Below, piece by piece: positions 11,302 through 25,110 of a DNA stretch of 63,596 bases. A program made the position numbers and the translations under genes. The stretch is from contig NKIB01013149.1 in assembly GCA_002256025.1 (NCBI GenBank), positions 1-63,596 of the forward strand, given 5' to 3'. Position 1 is the first letter of the stretch; every line of letters starts with the position of its first letter. Source of the DNA: Asterionella formosa (taxonomy: Eukaryota). The notes beneath the pieces were generated by a model. The model saw only the letters and a program-made list of their open reading frames with translations. It was not told the origin of the DNA and searched no databases.

Positions 11302-13049
11302 CAAGATATGCTATTACTCAAACTTGGTTCTGATTTTGTATATGATAAAGTAAGTAGCACTGTTGGTTGTATGGTGTCATATCTAGACAGCGTAAAACAT
11401 TATATGTAGTGGCTGATGATTCATTTCATTGTAGCTAGCAACACCTGATTTTAAGATCATCGAACTTTAAGGAAAACCATAAAGAGGTTCATGGAAACAA
11501 GCGACATGTGGCAAATACTGCCGGTATGGAACAAAGAAGCAAGTATCAAAATGAGTTAACAAGAAAGAAAAAGCGAATGGACGATTATCCAAAGGAACCC
11601 AATCGGCGACAGGGAGTTAGTGGGAGTACTACCCCATCGTCGATGGGGACACAATCAGCTACTAGTACAAAGGCTCCCGTAATTGATACTGATAGCGATG
11701 ATGACATTTCTTTTTCAGTTGTTGATACAAGAAAAATGGCTCCAGTTGATGATACCATTAATAACTCCCGAATGCAGATGGACAACATGGTACCATATCA
11801 TAAACTTTCTAATCGCACGGACCAACAAGTACATGACAAACTGAGGGAAAAACATTTTGCACTTGCCAAAGGAAATTATCAATTGGTAAATGAGCTCAAT
11901 CACTACAAAGGTCGTAATTCGGTTCAAAACTCGTCCATACAAGGTTATCAAGAATCTTCAGTTTCAGCAGCCTTATCAGAACGTCGTTCCGGCTTAGCTA
12001 AAATTGAACCATCAATTGTCACAAATGCTGTAAGTTTTATTTTCAAGACCAAGAAGTTTTGCTGTGAACATGTAAGTTTGATCGTGAATTGCAGGTACTG
12101 TAAAACAGAATATCAATCTAATGTGCTTTTTCCAGGTCCCGAAAGAGAATCGTTCTTACTCCAGTGTGTTTTAAAGGCAGGACAAGCCGTGGAAAACCAT
12201 TATTAACAGGAGACAAATCTGGTGTGACCAAATTTCAACTAAGTCTTCGGGCACATTGTGAATTGCAATCACGTTTTGTTGGTTCGCTGATCATTGCCAG
12301 TACAGAAGCATTTTGCTTCTTGGTGCTGAAAGAAAAATTCCGATTGCAACAAAAATATTTGGGTTTCAATCCAGATACGCAAGAAATTTCAGAGAACCAT
12401 ATTCGTCATTCTACTGATTTTGTCGACCTTGGTAGGAAACCACTTATCAAAAAAGTGTGAGGGAAGAAAGTTCAGTTTCAAATGGTGGTCTCACAGATCA
12501 ATGGACTGATGATTTACTCGGTTATTATAAGGAAATCTACACTGGACTTTCACAAAAGAATCGATCTGAATATGGAAGAAATCCTAGTGGAATTGCTAAT
12601 TCCACCACAAATATCATCTACCCGGACTCATACTTCTCATTTCCCAACGTAAGTGAAGAGTATATGGCATCAACATGTTGAACCACTTCAACCAAATGTT
12701 CCTAAGAAGAATATTGATTACAATGAACGCATTAATCAACGGGACATATTGATGATGACGTTGATTTTGAATGGATCTATTAGAATCCAATGCATGCTTA
12801 GTAGTTACATAATTAATATAGTTAGTGTGAGACTTCTACAATGCACAAACCATATCATAGATGTTAGGAAAACATTGATGCTGCTCTATGCTACTAGTAG
12901 TGGCGGTATACCTCCTTTTTTACTACTATGGTGGAGTGATAACTTCACGACTCTGTGTTGTCCAGCACAGCATGATCGAAGTGATGCTAAATTTATTATT
13001 AATAATTCATTTTCATTCTATCCTGTTCATATCCTGACTTGGTCATCAT

Positions 13050-15770
13050 TTGAAAAATGCAATGTATTTGCGGACTATGCAATGGTGTTATCTGTTTAAC
13101 TACAAATTTTGGAAGAACAAATCCCCATCTGAGTCTCACAACCGAAATTGTAGCAACCGTGTTTTCTATGCATATGGTCACTGTCGACATTGCATGCAAG
13201 AACATCGAGTTCCTGGAATACATAATGAAACTATGTATTGCGGTAGTGCATCGAATCATTCAAGCAAAGAAGTTAATGATTACAGTGTAACTGCTGCAGC
13301 ATTTAGGGGGAGTAGACAACAAAAAGAGATTATGTGTCCTTTCCTTCTTGAATCAAGTGGCCACAATCATCCATTTCATGACGACAGCGACAATTCAGTT
13401 TATAACAATATTCAATCACAACAAGACGAACAATTGAGACTAAAAACTCTCCAAGAAGGATTGAATTCAGAAACCATGATGCAATATTCAGATTTTCAAG
13501 ATCACACCGGCTTTCTCCCTGAAAATGCAATGGAAATGCCCCTTCCTCCTCAATTTCAACTTCCAAGTAAACATTCTCTAAACATGCATCCAATCGAATT
13601 AGAACACATGTTATTCCTTAACGAGAACTACCTTCCACCAGTTTACTTTGATCATCTAATGAAATGGCTGTTCAAGTCAAAAGCAATGAAATATTTTGAT
13701 GGAAGTATCAAGCTCCATCCTACCAGACTTTGAAGAAAGGCGAAGAAACGCATGGATATTTCATTTCCACCAACATTAGCTGGTGGTCAACTGTTGACCA
13801 AACAAATACAGATTGATAACAATTCAAACATGATCATCTCAAGGCAATTAGTATCTCTTTTGCCAGACATTGAAGTCAGTGATCTGGAGAAACAAATGAA
13901 TAATAAGTTATCTGGTGACAACTTGTCCTTATGTCGACTCAAATTATACCATTCTTCCAAACAAGTCATACAATATTTGGGTTGATGGTCTTGGTATGAC
14001 AATAGTTTATTTTCAGATTGGAATGATCATTGGTGATACAGAAGAGCACAACAAAATTTGTGGTTTCAAGGGTGGTGATGGATTATATCGACGATATGTT
14101 TGTCGTGATTGCCTGGTTTCAACTGAAGATGCTGATAATCCCGATATTGGTTGTGAACGTTGTAAAGTGTCAGATGTTAAAAAGTTTTTAAACAAACTTC
14201 TTGACAAAAATGCATATCCCGATGGAAAATTACCATGTATCCCACCTGAGTATTGTGTCTCTCAATCTAATGGCAAATACGCAACAGCAAACGAGTGGTG
14301 CCGTGTTATATCGCATGATCCTATTATGCCTGCACTAATAAATCAATTTTTTGGTGGTGACTTAGAAGGATTATTTGGTGCAACTCCATTTGAGGTTCTT
14401 CATCAATTACTACTTGGAATATTTAAGTTCTCATATTTTGGAATCTTTGTACAATTATCGGAATATCCCTGAAGAATGGACATGTTTTAAAGAAAGAAAA
14501 TCTCCAGATATTCCAGAGAACATCTCTGATCAGAAACGTATCACTGAAACAACAGACACTGCTTTTCTTGATCAAGAGCAACCGAAGAAACAAGCAAAGA
14601 CCAAAAAGGACACATACACCAGTTACCAAAAATATCTACACTGGCAAAATCAAGACCCAACAATTGTACCAGCACCAGGAATGTATTTTCGAAACTATAC
14701 TATACTTCGAACAAAGTGCTAGATATATCAACAGTCATTTGGAAAGGCAAAGCGATCGTGATATTCTAAAATTGTCATACAGATCTGGGATGACAGCTTT
14801 GTCAAAAATGTCAGGGCAAGAAATTCCCGGATTATGTCCGTAAACTATTTTTTCAATAGGTGGAATGATGGGTTCAGAGAACATGCACCTAGAAAAGGAT
14901 TTCACATAGCTGTTATGGTTATGTATATCTATCAATGATACTTACGAATGGCAAAATTTCATGGAATGAAACATTACCCTCATCTGATTAGGAAGTTCGG
15001 ATCTCCTCTTAATTTCTTTGAAGGATATTTGGAGTCTCTTTTGAAAGACAAATTGAAACGAGCGACCCAGTAAGCGTGTCAACGGACAATTACATCGATT
15101 AAAGGCATGACATTTTAACAAAGGTCATATGAAACAAGGCAGTTTGCCTTGGCACGGAAAATTGTTTTTGTAAGTGATTCATTACATACAGAAAACAAAC
15201 AAAAGAAGATGAGTAAAGTATACATCAATGTAACTGAGGGTATTTCAACAGAAATTGATTTCGAAGGAATGATTTCGGATACAAGGATGTTGCCTAGTAG
15301 GTCGCCTGAAAATTTTGGAATATCGCCTACCAAGATCTATTCACCATCCCTTCCTGTTAAAGTTCAATTTTCTGCTTCATCATCAAATGGTCTATGTACT
15401 ATAGCAGGTGTCCTTAATAAGATTGGGCATGTATCACGGAGTAAGGATGCACCCTTGTATCAATTGGTTCATCCTGATTTACCGAAGGGGGCCAACTACG
15501 TAAAGAGCATTGCGAATTCAGCAATAAAAATAGCAAGAATCAAAAGTCTTAAAGATGGGCGGGGTTGGGCCTGTTTCCATTATATGGATTGACTTATATT
15601 ATCATGTTAAAATTGAATGTAATGTTCCCGGCCAAACTACTATTTATAGATGCCATCCGAAATGGAATAATGATTCAAATGCAGGAATCTCTGGTCGTGA
15701 ATGGTTTGACTGGGTTGAAGTGAATTGGTTATTAGAAGGTTTTCACAATCTCATCATTCCTCAGGAATGA
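13050..15770 (+). pseudogene. Fragmented Plavaka-like (CMC/CACTA-related) transposase
   Basis: Across frames: IGMIIGDTEEHNKICG..YVCRDC; GLFGATPFEVLHQLLLGIFK; AKFHGMKHYPHLIRKFGSPLNFFEGYLESLLKDKLKRA (~14951-15070); YRCHPKWN..GREWFDWVEVNW. These match my recollection of Plavaka transposase motifs. Many stops and frameshifts. Confidence 0.7.
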
Positions 15771-16314
15771 TGAGATTGGATGATCCCTATGGTCTATTAT
15801 TTGTTATTTTTCACTCCCAAAGAACCTAAGATAGTCCTTCTCGTTTCGTCCGAAATTTTGCTTCTCCACTTTTCAATTACAGTTCGATATGAGTCTGCAA
15901 ACTTCTTCAATTTGATCCCAGAAGGGATAGCTATCATCAGTTACAAAATATTTTTTCAACTTTTTGTCAATTTTGATGCATCTAGAAATTTGGCCAAGAG
16001 GTGCATGATTATACCATTTGAAGGGAGCAACTTTTTCATTCATTTTTTGAATCATGGATTTCACGTTGACAACATCATCCTTCTTGAAAGATGAATTGTA
16101 AGGAAGTCGTCCAAATACTTCGTTCAACATTTTTAAATCTAAATAGGAGCTCAAAATTTTGTCGATACAAAATTGAAGAACAGTTATTATTTCCAACTGA
16201 AACATATCCTCACAAATGTTTGTCGTTGTCACTTGAGGCCAAACTGTTCCAAGATGAAAGTATGTTGACTTGGTTGGTGGGTCAGATGTAACAGATAACA
16301 AATCGTCTGTTCGA

Positions 16315-17071
16315 TCAGTTGCTACCACCTGATGTTTTAAAACTTTCCAGGACTCCGTCTTCAAATGGAATTGTGCCTGGCTGGTTGCCAAGAAATTTGG
16401 TTTTGCCATTCCTTTCTAGTTGCAATAGAGTTTCCAATACTTTCACAATTGTAAATGGTCCACATGACCATCCACTATCATCTTCTGGTTGAAATAACAT
16501 GGAATCATGTTCAGTGGCCATCATGACAAGCGATCTGCAATGGTGCTCTCGTGCCAGTATAGAAAGATTCCGATAAACCAATTTCTTCAGGTGTATGGTA
16601 TTCTTGTGGAAGATATCCTATATCGGTGCATATTAATTCCAATTGTTTCGTGCATCCAGGGATGATGCAGTACTTACGGTTAAGGTGAAATACTTGATCA
16701 TAATGTTCGTCCAAGCTTGCATCTTTTCCTGGATCACGGACTTGACATACCAATCCATCATTTATAGCAAAAAGATAATGCACAAAATGATTGTTTTCCT
16801 CCGCATCTGATCTTTTGCAATACACAATTAGCACATAGTTACTTTCGTGATGAAGTGGATGACAATCACCTTGGTATATATATGGATTGTTATTACCCTT
16901 TTCTGGGTTCTCATCCAGATCAAATATAACCTTTACATCAGTTGGATGAAGTTCATGAATTATATAATGGATCATAGAGCAAGGTAATTGTTTCAAGGTC
17001 CCAATATGCAAGATCTTTAAAGTCTGAAGATGATTTTTTGATACCTTTGACTCCATAAAATACTGTGGCAT
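16315..17071 (-). pseudogene. Fragmented Ulp1/C48-like cysteine protease (transposon cargo)
   Basis: NNHFVHYLFAIND..VRDP (His..Asp) in ORF 16511-17071, and FQPEDDSGWSCGPF (Gln..Cys) in frameshifted ORF 16315-16581. The order is H-D-Q-C, as in C48 peptidases. Confidence 0.55.
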
Positions 17072-18761
17072 AATTGCATATTTCTTGTGGGCTACGTGTG
17101 TACAAATCTTACCACAATTTTAGCTAGTTGTCCATGCGTTTTCGGCAAACTCAAGGAAAAGCAGTTTGCTTTGGCATAATAACTCTACACATTTCACATG
17201 CTGACTCTTCACAAAAGTAGCTAGCTGCCTTCGGGATTGTTCTCGATGATTTTACAGAGAAATTCTTTTTCTTCCATGTACGATTTGGAAAAAGATTCAA
17301 ATTTTTTCTTCAAACTTTGTTCCCGACTCAGTGCATCAACTGCCTTAGCATCACATCTCTGTCTGCATTGATCTTCTTAAATTCGAGGTCTTGATCTAGC
17401 TCGGACTTTTTCTTGAATATCTTTTCTTTTAGAAATGCAATAGTTTCTCTGCTCTGCTTTCATGATGTTCGTCTTGATTTGCGTTCTGGACATATAGTGA
17501 GACATATTTCTTGGTTTTGCATCTTTTCAACCATTTCTACTTCAGAAGTGTTGTCTGCCACATTTCCGCCGGTATTTTCATTCATCGCATGAATTTGTTC
17601 ATCAAATGAAAGAGAATCACTGAGTTCTTCTTCATTGTCAGCGATTTCAGGAGAATGAGGAGCAAAATACGACACTGGATTGAACTGTGACTCCGTAGGA
17701 CTAGAGTCTTCATTCACGAAGACCAACTGTTTGGGTTTCCTCCTTGATCTTCGAAAGCAATCTTTCCTTCTTTTCAATCTCTGCAACTATTGAATCGGCA
17801 TACTTCATTATTTTTCTGGAGTATTACGAATCTGTTCAAATTAATCCGATCGTTGAGTGTATTCAAAGGAATCTTCAATTGATTTCATAACTTTCTTCAT
17901 CTTCTTTTCCGAAAACATAAAGTCGTGTAGCGTAAACAATGGAAGTAAGTCACGTTTCTTGTTTGACTGATCCCTTGCATGAAATCCATGAAATGCCATT
18001 TGGAAAGTTGTCAAATGGCCAGAAGACTTTGATGTAAAACAGTGGAAGGGAAACGCGGAGCTTTTTGCGGCGCTTGTGGAGGTGCAGCTGGTGTGATGGT
18101 AACCAAGTGTAGTAGATGTTGAACAGAGCACAGCAGTGTAATATGCATGTTCCGCCAGCGTAGCATTTATACAATATACATGCCGGCATAAATACAGCTA
18201 TAACAAGGAAAATGACACAACAATTAACGTGATGGCTGGTTGTTGAGGATACCGGTATGTGATATGCATCAATCCATATCACAAATCATATTATAGTGAT
18301 GTACATATCAATGCATCCGTATACTTAGATCCTATCCACCGTATAATACTATCATATTAACTGTTGGCTTTTACTGTATACATTAAAAGTTGAATTTATA
18401 TATTAAGTGACATAATTATTATTTATTTATTTATTTTCTGTGATGTATTGATAACACTTGCGTACATATTTTATCGTATTTTATTGTCATGGTATATCAT
18501 ATTTTGATCAAAATTATATCATATACATTTTAAGAAATCATCACAGTTCTATGATCAATGCATCATAGCTATGTGATATACTTTATTCAATATTTTGTAT
18601 CATACTTTGGTGATGTATGCATCGATGTAAACCTATCGTGATATCACATTATCATCTTATCAATCATGATGAGATGATTGGGAACTGCAGTATTCTGCAT
18701 CGTAATATGGAGTATGATATTATAACACGCACTTTTGTAGCTAAGTCACTCCTGTAATGTA

Positions 18762-19214
18762 AACAAGTCGACAGTGCACATACACACACGCTAATCAGGT
18801 TTGAGGCAATGGACAGCGGTTCAAACAAGCGAATGACGATACGGGTACCATTTTTTCCAGTGGCAAACCGCAATGATGAAGGACACTTGTCCCTCTATTG
18901 ATGAGGATGACACGGACACCGACTTTTCCAGGAGCAAACAACAATGAAGAGACCCACTTGTTGCTCTTTTGATGGTAACAAAGATGCGGACAAGTTCAAC
19001 AGTGAATACAAGAACAACATACCAATGAAAACAAGTCGACAGTGTATGTATGCACACGCCAAGCAGGTTTGAGGCAACGGACAGTTCCAACAAGCAAGCA
19101 AATGACGATAAGGATATCAAATTTTTCCTACGAGCAAATAACAATGAAGAGAGCCACTTGCTGTCGCTCTCTTGATGGTATCAAAGATGCGGACAAGTTC
19201 AATAGTAAATACAA
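18762..19214. repeat. Imperfect direct duplication (two copies, second internally deleted)
   Basis: AACAAGTCGACAGTG..CAGGTTTGAGGCAA.GGACAG and GAGCAAA.AACAATGAAGAGA..CAAAGATGCGGACAAGTTCAA each occur twice (~18762-19012 and ~19030-19214). Confidence 0.8.
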
Positions 19215-19541
19215 GTACAGCATGCGAAATGCGGAAATGAGCGATATAAAAAAGAAAATGTAATCAGAATCATTTTATAACTATAGCTATGTGGATAGTA
19301 GTCTGTTACATTTTCGTATCTCCTTCTTTGCTGAATCTCAATAGTAGATGTAGTATCATGTGAGAATTGAAAATGTCAACAAGAACAAGTAGAATGTGTT
19401 TGTTTTCGGGTTGATTGGCAAGATTGTCATGCTGAAGTAGACAAAACGGATTTACTTTGTGCGCTGTGTGCGGAACCATTACGAGTTCGAATGATTTCTT
19501 CTTTCCTGTAAACTCTTAATTGAATGATTATGAACAAAGGT

Positions 19542-19917
19542 TCACTGCATATGACGATTACTCGAAGATATAATGATCACTTGACCAACAAATTCAATCT
19601 GTTATCGCAAACATTCATTCCGCTTGTCATCGCTATTATTTCGTTGTTGTTGCAAAGATCAGAGTGATGACGGATGGAAATGACAAGCCAAATTACATTA
19701 CTTTAGCTGGTACATTATCCTACGAAGAAATTCGAATACAGGAATCTAATAGAAACAATACATATAAAAATTAAATAAATGTAGTCAAAAGGGTTTCTAT
19801 TTTTTAATTTTAAGGGCATTTATCAAAATTATTAGATGATATAACGAAAAATTATGATCAGATGATCACAATCCTATGATGCATCATGGAAATATGATAG
19901 TTTTATCTGCAGATGTG
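19542..19917. repeat. Dispersed repeat (probable transposon end), inverted homologue of 50076-50375
   Basis: ATAACGAAAAATTATGATCAGATGATCA.AATCCTATGATGCATCATGG and flanking blocks match the reverse complement of 50076-50375. This copy ends ...AGATGTG, i.e. 5'-CAC on the minus strand. Confidence 0.8.
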
Positions 19918-21063
19918 CCTGATCAACTCCATCAATTGGGATGATGCCTTGAACCAAACACAATCATTTGGCCTCACGATTGATCCACAGCAGGCATGCT
20001 GCTCACAGCTTCTTCGATTGGTAGTACCTCCAAGGCCAAGGATTTCGCCATCACAAATGTCATCTGCAATTCTCATGTTGCTGCATGAATACCCCTACTA
20101 CCGGTACCTGCATACTGGTATGTGAGAATATTTTTCATAAACCTGGCATGTGATGATACTTTACACGGAACAGTAATATTCGAAAATAAAAATGAATTAA
20201 TAGAATACGTTTATGTTATGTTATGTTATTTTTTCTTTACACATACCAGATGTACAAGGGGATACAAGACAATGGGGGGATACGAGACACCGGGTTTTAC
20301 GGCATGTGAATCGATGATCAGAAACTCGTCCTTCACGCTGTGTACGCTGTTTACGGGATCTTCCAGAGCATATTTGGTTCAGCCAAAGCAGGTCAAGAGC
20401 TGTAAGTTTTTTCAGGAATAAACTGTTAGGGTTAATTACCATCATGTGGTGTTACATACTATCAGTACCTGGTACCAGTACTACTCCGTACTCCAGGGTG
20501 TTACCTGGTACCTGGTACCTGGTACCAGTCCCCTTATATGATAGTAGTACTTGCACATGTGTACGGTAGGTACCTGGTACCAGGGTAGTCTACAGTAAAC
20601 TACTCCTGACAGCAAGGAGTACCGGTACCCTGGCACCCCTCTCTGACTCAGTCAACAAACCATCCTCGGCCACGACACCACATGCATTATATCGTAAACG
20701 GTTGTGTTTCATGGTGCAAGGAACAACAAATACATACATACCGAAATATTTATTTATGTGTAATGAAAGTCTTGACAGGTACCAGTAATACCGTAGCCGT
20801 ATAGTACCTACACAGCTCTTAAGCCTGTACTACCTCCGAGAGTGCCTGTTTACTGTGCTTGTTACGTCATCATCTCTTGTCCACATGCATCGTCATTGTC
20901 AGGGCTGATGATGTGATCTCGTTCCGACGGCGGATTTTGCGGGTCATTGTGACGAAGTTCTGTGTTTGCCACCACTGCCTCCAGCACCACATTAGTTTAA
21001 CAATCCGACGTAGCTTCACAGGTATCCACCACAATCTTCCTATTGCAGACATTGAAAAATAAG

Positions 21064-21830
21064 ATGAAACTCGTTCTTGCACTCAACGTTTTCGGCGCTG
21101 CCGCTGCCTTCCTTCCTTCCAACATGGTGGCTCGTCACCAAACGTCGTTACAGATGGGTGACGACAAGGAAATGTCAAAAGCAATTCCTTTCGTCCCTCG
21201 CCCGAAGCTTCTGGACGGAAGTCTCCCTGGAGATGTGGGTTTCGAGTACGTTTCTGCCTTGTACACTGCTCATTCTACGTCGCGATGTTTAATGACCTAT
21301 TCCGCTAACGCTGACTCCTACTGACCTTCCTCAGTCCATTTGGTTTCGGTGGTGTCGACAAGGCCAGTTTGCTTCAGATGCGCGAGGCCGAGATCAAACA
21401 CGGCAGACTAGCAATGCTTGCCGCTGTCGGGTGGCCTCTGGCCGAGCTATTTGACAAGCCTATCGCCGAAACTCTCGGCCTTCCTTCACTTCTCACCAAT
21501 AGTGGGGAGTCACCTTCTGTTCTAAATGGTGGTTTGGAAAAGATTGATGCAGCCTACTGGATTGCTGTTTTGTCGCTTGCAGGAGTAATCGAGATTGAAA
21601 TCACGAAAGTCAAGGAGACACAAGGCAAAAATTATATTGCAGGCGATGTTGGTTTTGACCCACTTAGTCTACTACCAAAGGAAAAGCAAGCCAAGTTCGA
21701 GATGCAAACTAAAGAAATCAAGCACGGAAGAATCGCAATGATGGCTGTTCTTGGATTTGTTGTTCAAGAGCTCTTTTATGGCAAGCCTGTAGTTGCTGAA
21801 ACTCCGTTTTTCTTCCACCCACTTTTTTAA
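21064..21830 (+). CDS. Light-harvesting chlorophyll a/c-binding protein, probably Lhcz-like; exons 21064-21245 and 21335-21830
   Basis: Signal peptide ending AAAA-FLP (ASAF-type plastid motif). GDVGFDPFG is restored by splicing a GT..AG intron at 21246-21334. Also REAEIKHGRLAMLA, GDVGFDPL and KEIKHGRIAMMA. Confidence 0.93.
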
Positions 21831-24069
21831 TTTTCTTTCACGAGGGTAAAATGAGTCCCAGTGCTTATAAATCTTTCTTGCTAGATTCCCAATGCTTTTT
21901 ATATGGATTGTTGTTAATAGTGCAACTTCTTGCTGATTTGACTTTCTTCTTGTTGGAATTTCCCAGTGAGAAATGAAATGCCACTTCAAATTCATCAATG
22001 CTCTAAGAGGGGCAGCAAGCCCCCTTGCACAATATCAATGACAGTTACACAAAATGAGATACCCGTACTACTGCAGCTGCAGCTAGCACCAAGTTCATGT
22101 AGTGAACTTGATAGTTCAACTTGTTTGCCACTTGAGCATGGGAAGGAATGGGATTTGATGAAAGACTTGATATAAATATCTATTGGATTTGAACCAGGTA
22201 TTAATCACCAAAACGTCGTCATTGGAGTGCAAATCTTGTGCTAAAATTATTAGTTCTAAAATATCCTGTCCAAAAATTTCCATTGTAAGTGCCCACTTCC
22301 ACATATATAATATGATTGGGCAACATGAATTACTTACCTCCATTTGATTGGCCCGGTTTGCAAGCTTGTGCAAACCAGCAGTGCTGGCCACACTGCTGGT
22401 TGCACATGTAACATTTTTTGGGATGTTTGTAGGTTCTGTATCCACTACGACTGGTAGCTGACCATCATTGATCGAACTTGTACCAGTACTTGAATGCACT
22501 TTGCCATCAAAGAATGGACAGAGTGCACTGCTTTTCCTTCGATGATCATTTCGGTAAAAATGTTTACATTAACCAATTATCTTGTCGACTTTTCTTGCTG
22601 TCTCATGACTTTTTGTTAGTGCAACACCAGAGCCATAAGTCTTACCTGATTTGTTGCCTTGTCTTTCTTGTTTTCAAATCATGCAGCATGTATTTTTTCG
22701 TTTCGTTTACTTTTCCGTTTGAATTGGGCTTTGTAGGTTGCATCATTGTTCCATCGCTTTTCTTTCTGTCGCCAGAATAAAAATCGTTCCGTCGCTTTTC
22801 CTTCTGTCTCCAGAATGATTCTTTCAGTTGTGACATCTCCATTCCAAATTGCTTGTAGTATGCATCCTTCTTTGTGTATTGTGTAGCTCCTTGTGTGTGC
22901 TGCCCAGCAACCAAAGCAACTAAAAATTGCAGGCCACCGGATCCAGCAAACACCTTGTTTCTTGGACATCGTCATGACACTGCATTGTTCATTGCTTCGT
23001 TAATCTGAGTCAAAGGGAGGATGAAATAATAGCAGCTTTTCGCCATTGACTTTCGTTTCAACATGCAACATCAACCATGGATATAAGTTTCGTTTCTTTT
23101 TCCTTGTCATGATATTTTCCATTGCTGTAATTTTTTCCTGCTTTTACACGGAACCATGTCTCAGAGCTGTAATCATGGCAGCCAAACAAAAGGATGATTG
23201 GTGCCTTGGAGGATTCAGTGAATTCGGTCAGAGCAAGGTTGCGATTTTTCTTGATCCATGCCCCATTGTAAATCTTTAGTCGGAGGTGCCCTACAGTTGT
23301 CAGGATTTAACAAGTAGGTTCTGGGTAATTATGAGCTTAATGATTAGTGTATCTATATTAGCTCCTAGTCCAAGGGGGCTCACAAGGGTCTTGATGAGAA
23401 GGGTATGTACTAGGTGTCAGGAGTCCATGCTAGCTAGGTGTCATGTTTTAGCCTAGCATTGGTATGTCTATTCTAGAGATACATCTGTACCAATAGTTAT
23501 CACGTAACATATAGCTGCGGGTACATAATGCAATATGTACTACGAGCTATATACTAGTAACCGTGTGTATAGCATGACGTACTAATCATGATCACTCTCG
23601 TGTACATGTATATGTACTACGTATGGGTTCCATGGTAGCCGTGTGCGTAATGTAAAAGGGTACACCTTTCACTTATGGTTGACGTGGTATACATACACAG
23701 TGTTTATTGCGTAAATCTCTACAGCGAGAGTAAACAAGTATATGGTCTGTATAGAAGAGCCTATAAGGTTAACGTTATATGGGACTTATACCATCTAATG
23801 ATATAGTATATTTACCGTGGTACCTAGTACATACTGTACTATAGGTCAGGAGGCAATCTGCTTTTGAAGGACGTTCGAGGGACTTGATAAACCCCTATCC
23901 CTATATAAATGTATCGTTGCACAGGATCGATCACTCGCCCACACTAAGGGAAAAATGTTCACCTATGAAAAGATTTTTGCGATGAATATTAATTTGTTCA
24001 GTACAATGCATAGTTAGTTTGTTGAAAAGTGACTGTACAAATGTATGTTAGGGTACAACATCCATCACT

Positions 24070-24250
24070 TGTGCAGCCACTGTTATTTTCCATGGGCCAA
24101 TTAAGTCCACGACTGCGACATCTGACCATGGTAATAATGGGGAATTCCGAGGTGTTAGTTCACCATAACACCAGGTAATTTTGTTTGTTGACAAGCTTAA
24201 AATGTGCTTACAGTATGTTTTACTCTGGCTTTAATGTTGAATGATAAAAA
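24070..24250 (-). mobile_element. Ty3/Gypsy integrase remnant
   Basis: The minus strand reads ..CQQTKLPG.. then GELTPRNSPLLPWSDVAVVDLIGPWKITV, the PWxxVxVDLIGPW start of a Gypsy integrase core. Disrupted. Confidence 0.65.
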
Positions 24251-25110
24251 GGTGTAGCAGTTGTAGCATCCAATCTTGCTTGTCATACCCACATGACTTG
24301 CTGCCACCACGCATTTGGCATAAAAAGAAATGACAATCAAACTCTTATCTTCCTTGGACAAGGTCGCTTGACCTTTTGGATTAGGAATTATGAATTCGAG
24401 GAGCTTATTCAAAGTATTGAGAAGGGCTTTAAAGTCCATAATAAACATGTTGGACAGTTCTATTGAATACTTTCAGAGGATATTGAAATGATGCTGATGC
24501 TCAAGGATATCATAAGGAAGATGGTGAATACCTCATCACCATGACTTTGTCGAAACTTTCATAAGGCTAAGCATATGGTTGTAATTCATCGTTTATCCAA
24601 TCAGAACAGGCGATATATGTTAGGCACCCTTTGAAGTAAGAGAAGATATCTGCTGGGCGGAGGAAGGCAAAGGCATGTGTTAGTAGCCATCTCATGGAAT
24701 TTACTCATAGCATTTAGCAAAGCTTCCATGGTGCTTCCATGAATCACATCTTGGACAAAAGACTCCGAACGTCCATCTGGTAGCAGGGGTAGTAAATGAA
24801 GGTTTCAGTCTTGATGTTTTGTACATTGTAATGCTTGATCAGTGGAGCCATTAGAGACTTGAAACTACATCAACATTTTGAATTCTAATTTGACTCTTTT
24901 TAATTCAAAGTGAAATATCTAATTAGAAGTAGTAGTATTCATTGAATAGATGAGCTTATTTGTTAATCATTGTTTTGCAACCATGTCAACTAAGTTACAC
25001 CAAAGTATTCAATTGGGGTAAGTTGAGGTCTGACATAATACTTGATATAGCTAACTGTAACCCAATATATGCATGCATTGGCTCAGGTTCGCTCACCTGC
25101 AGTTCCAGCT

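Larger units (their letters stand above)
10968..19917 (+). mobile_element. Degenerate ~9-kb Plavaka/CMC-like DNA transposon
   Basis: Contains a fragmented Plavaka-type transposase (+), an upstream accessory ORF (11527-12681), a convergent fragmented ORF set (-) with Ulp1-like motifs, internal duplications, and an end sequence shared with another copy at ~50.1 kb. Boundaries are inferred. Confidence 0.55.

Noticed and set aside
23298..23950. Possible LTR next to the Gypsy integrase remnant
   Set aside because: It starts TGTCA, but I could not identify a second copy, a matching end or a TSD.
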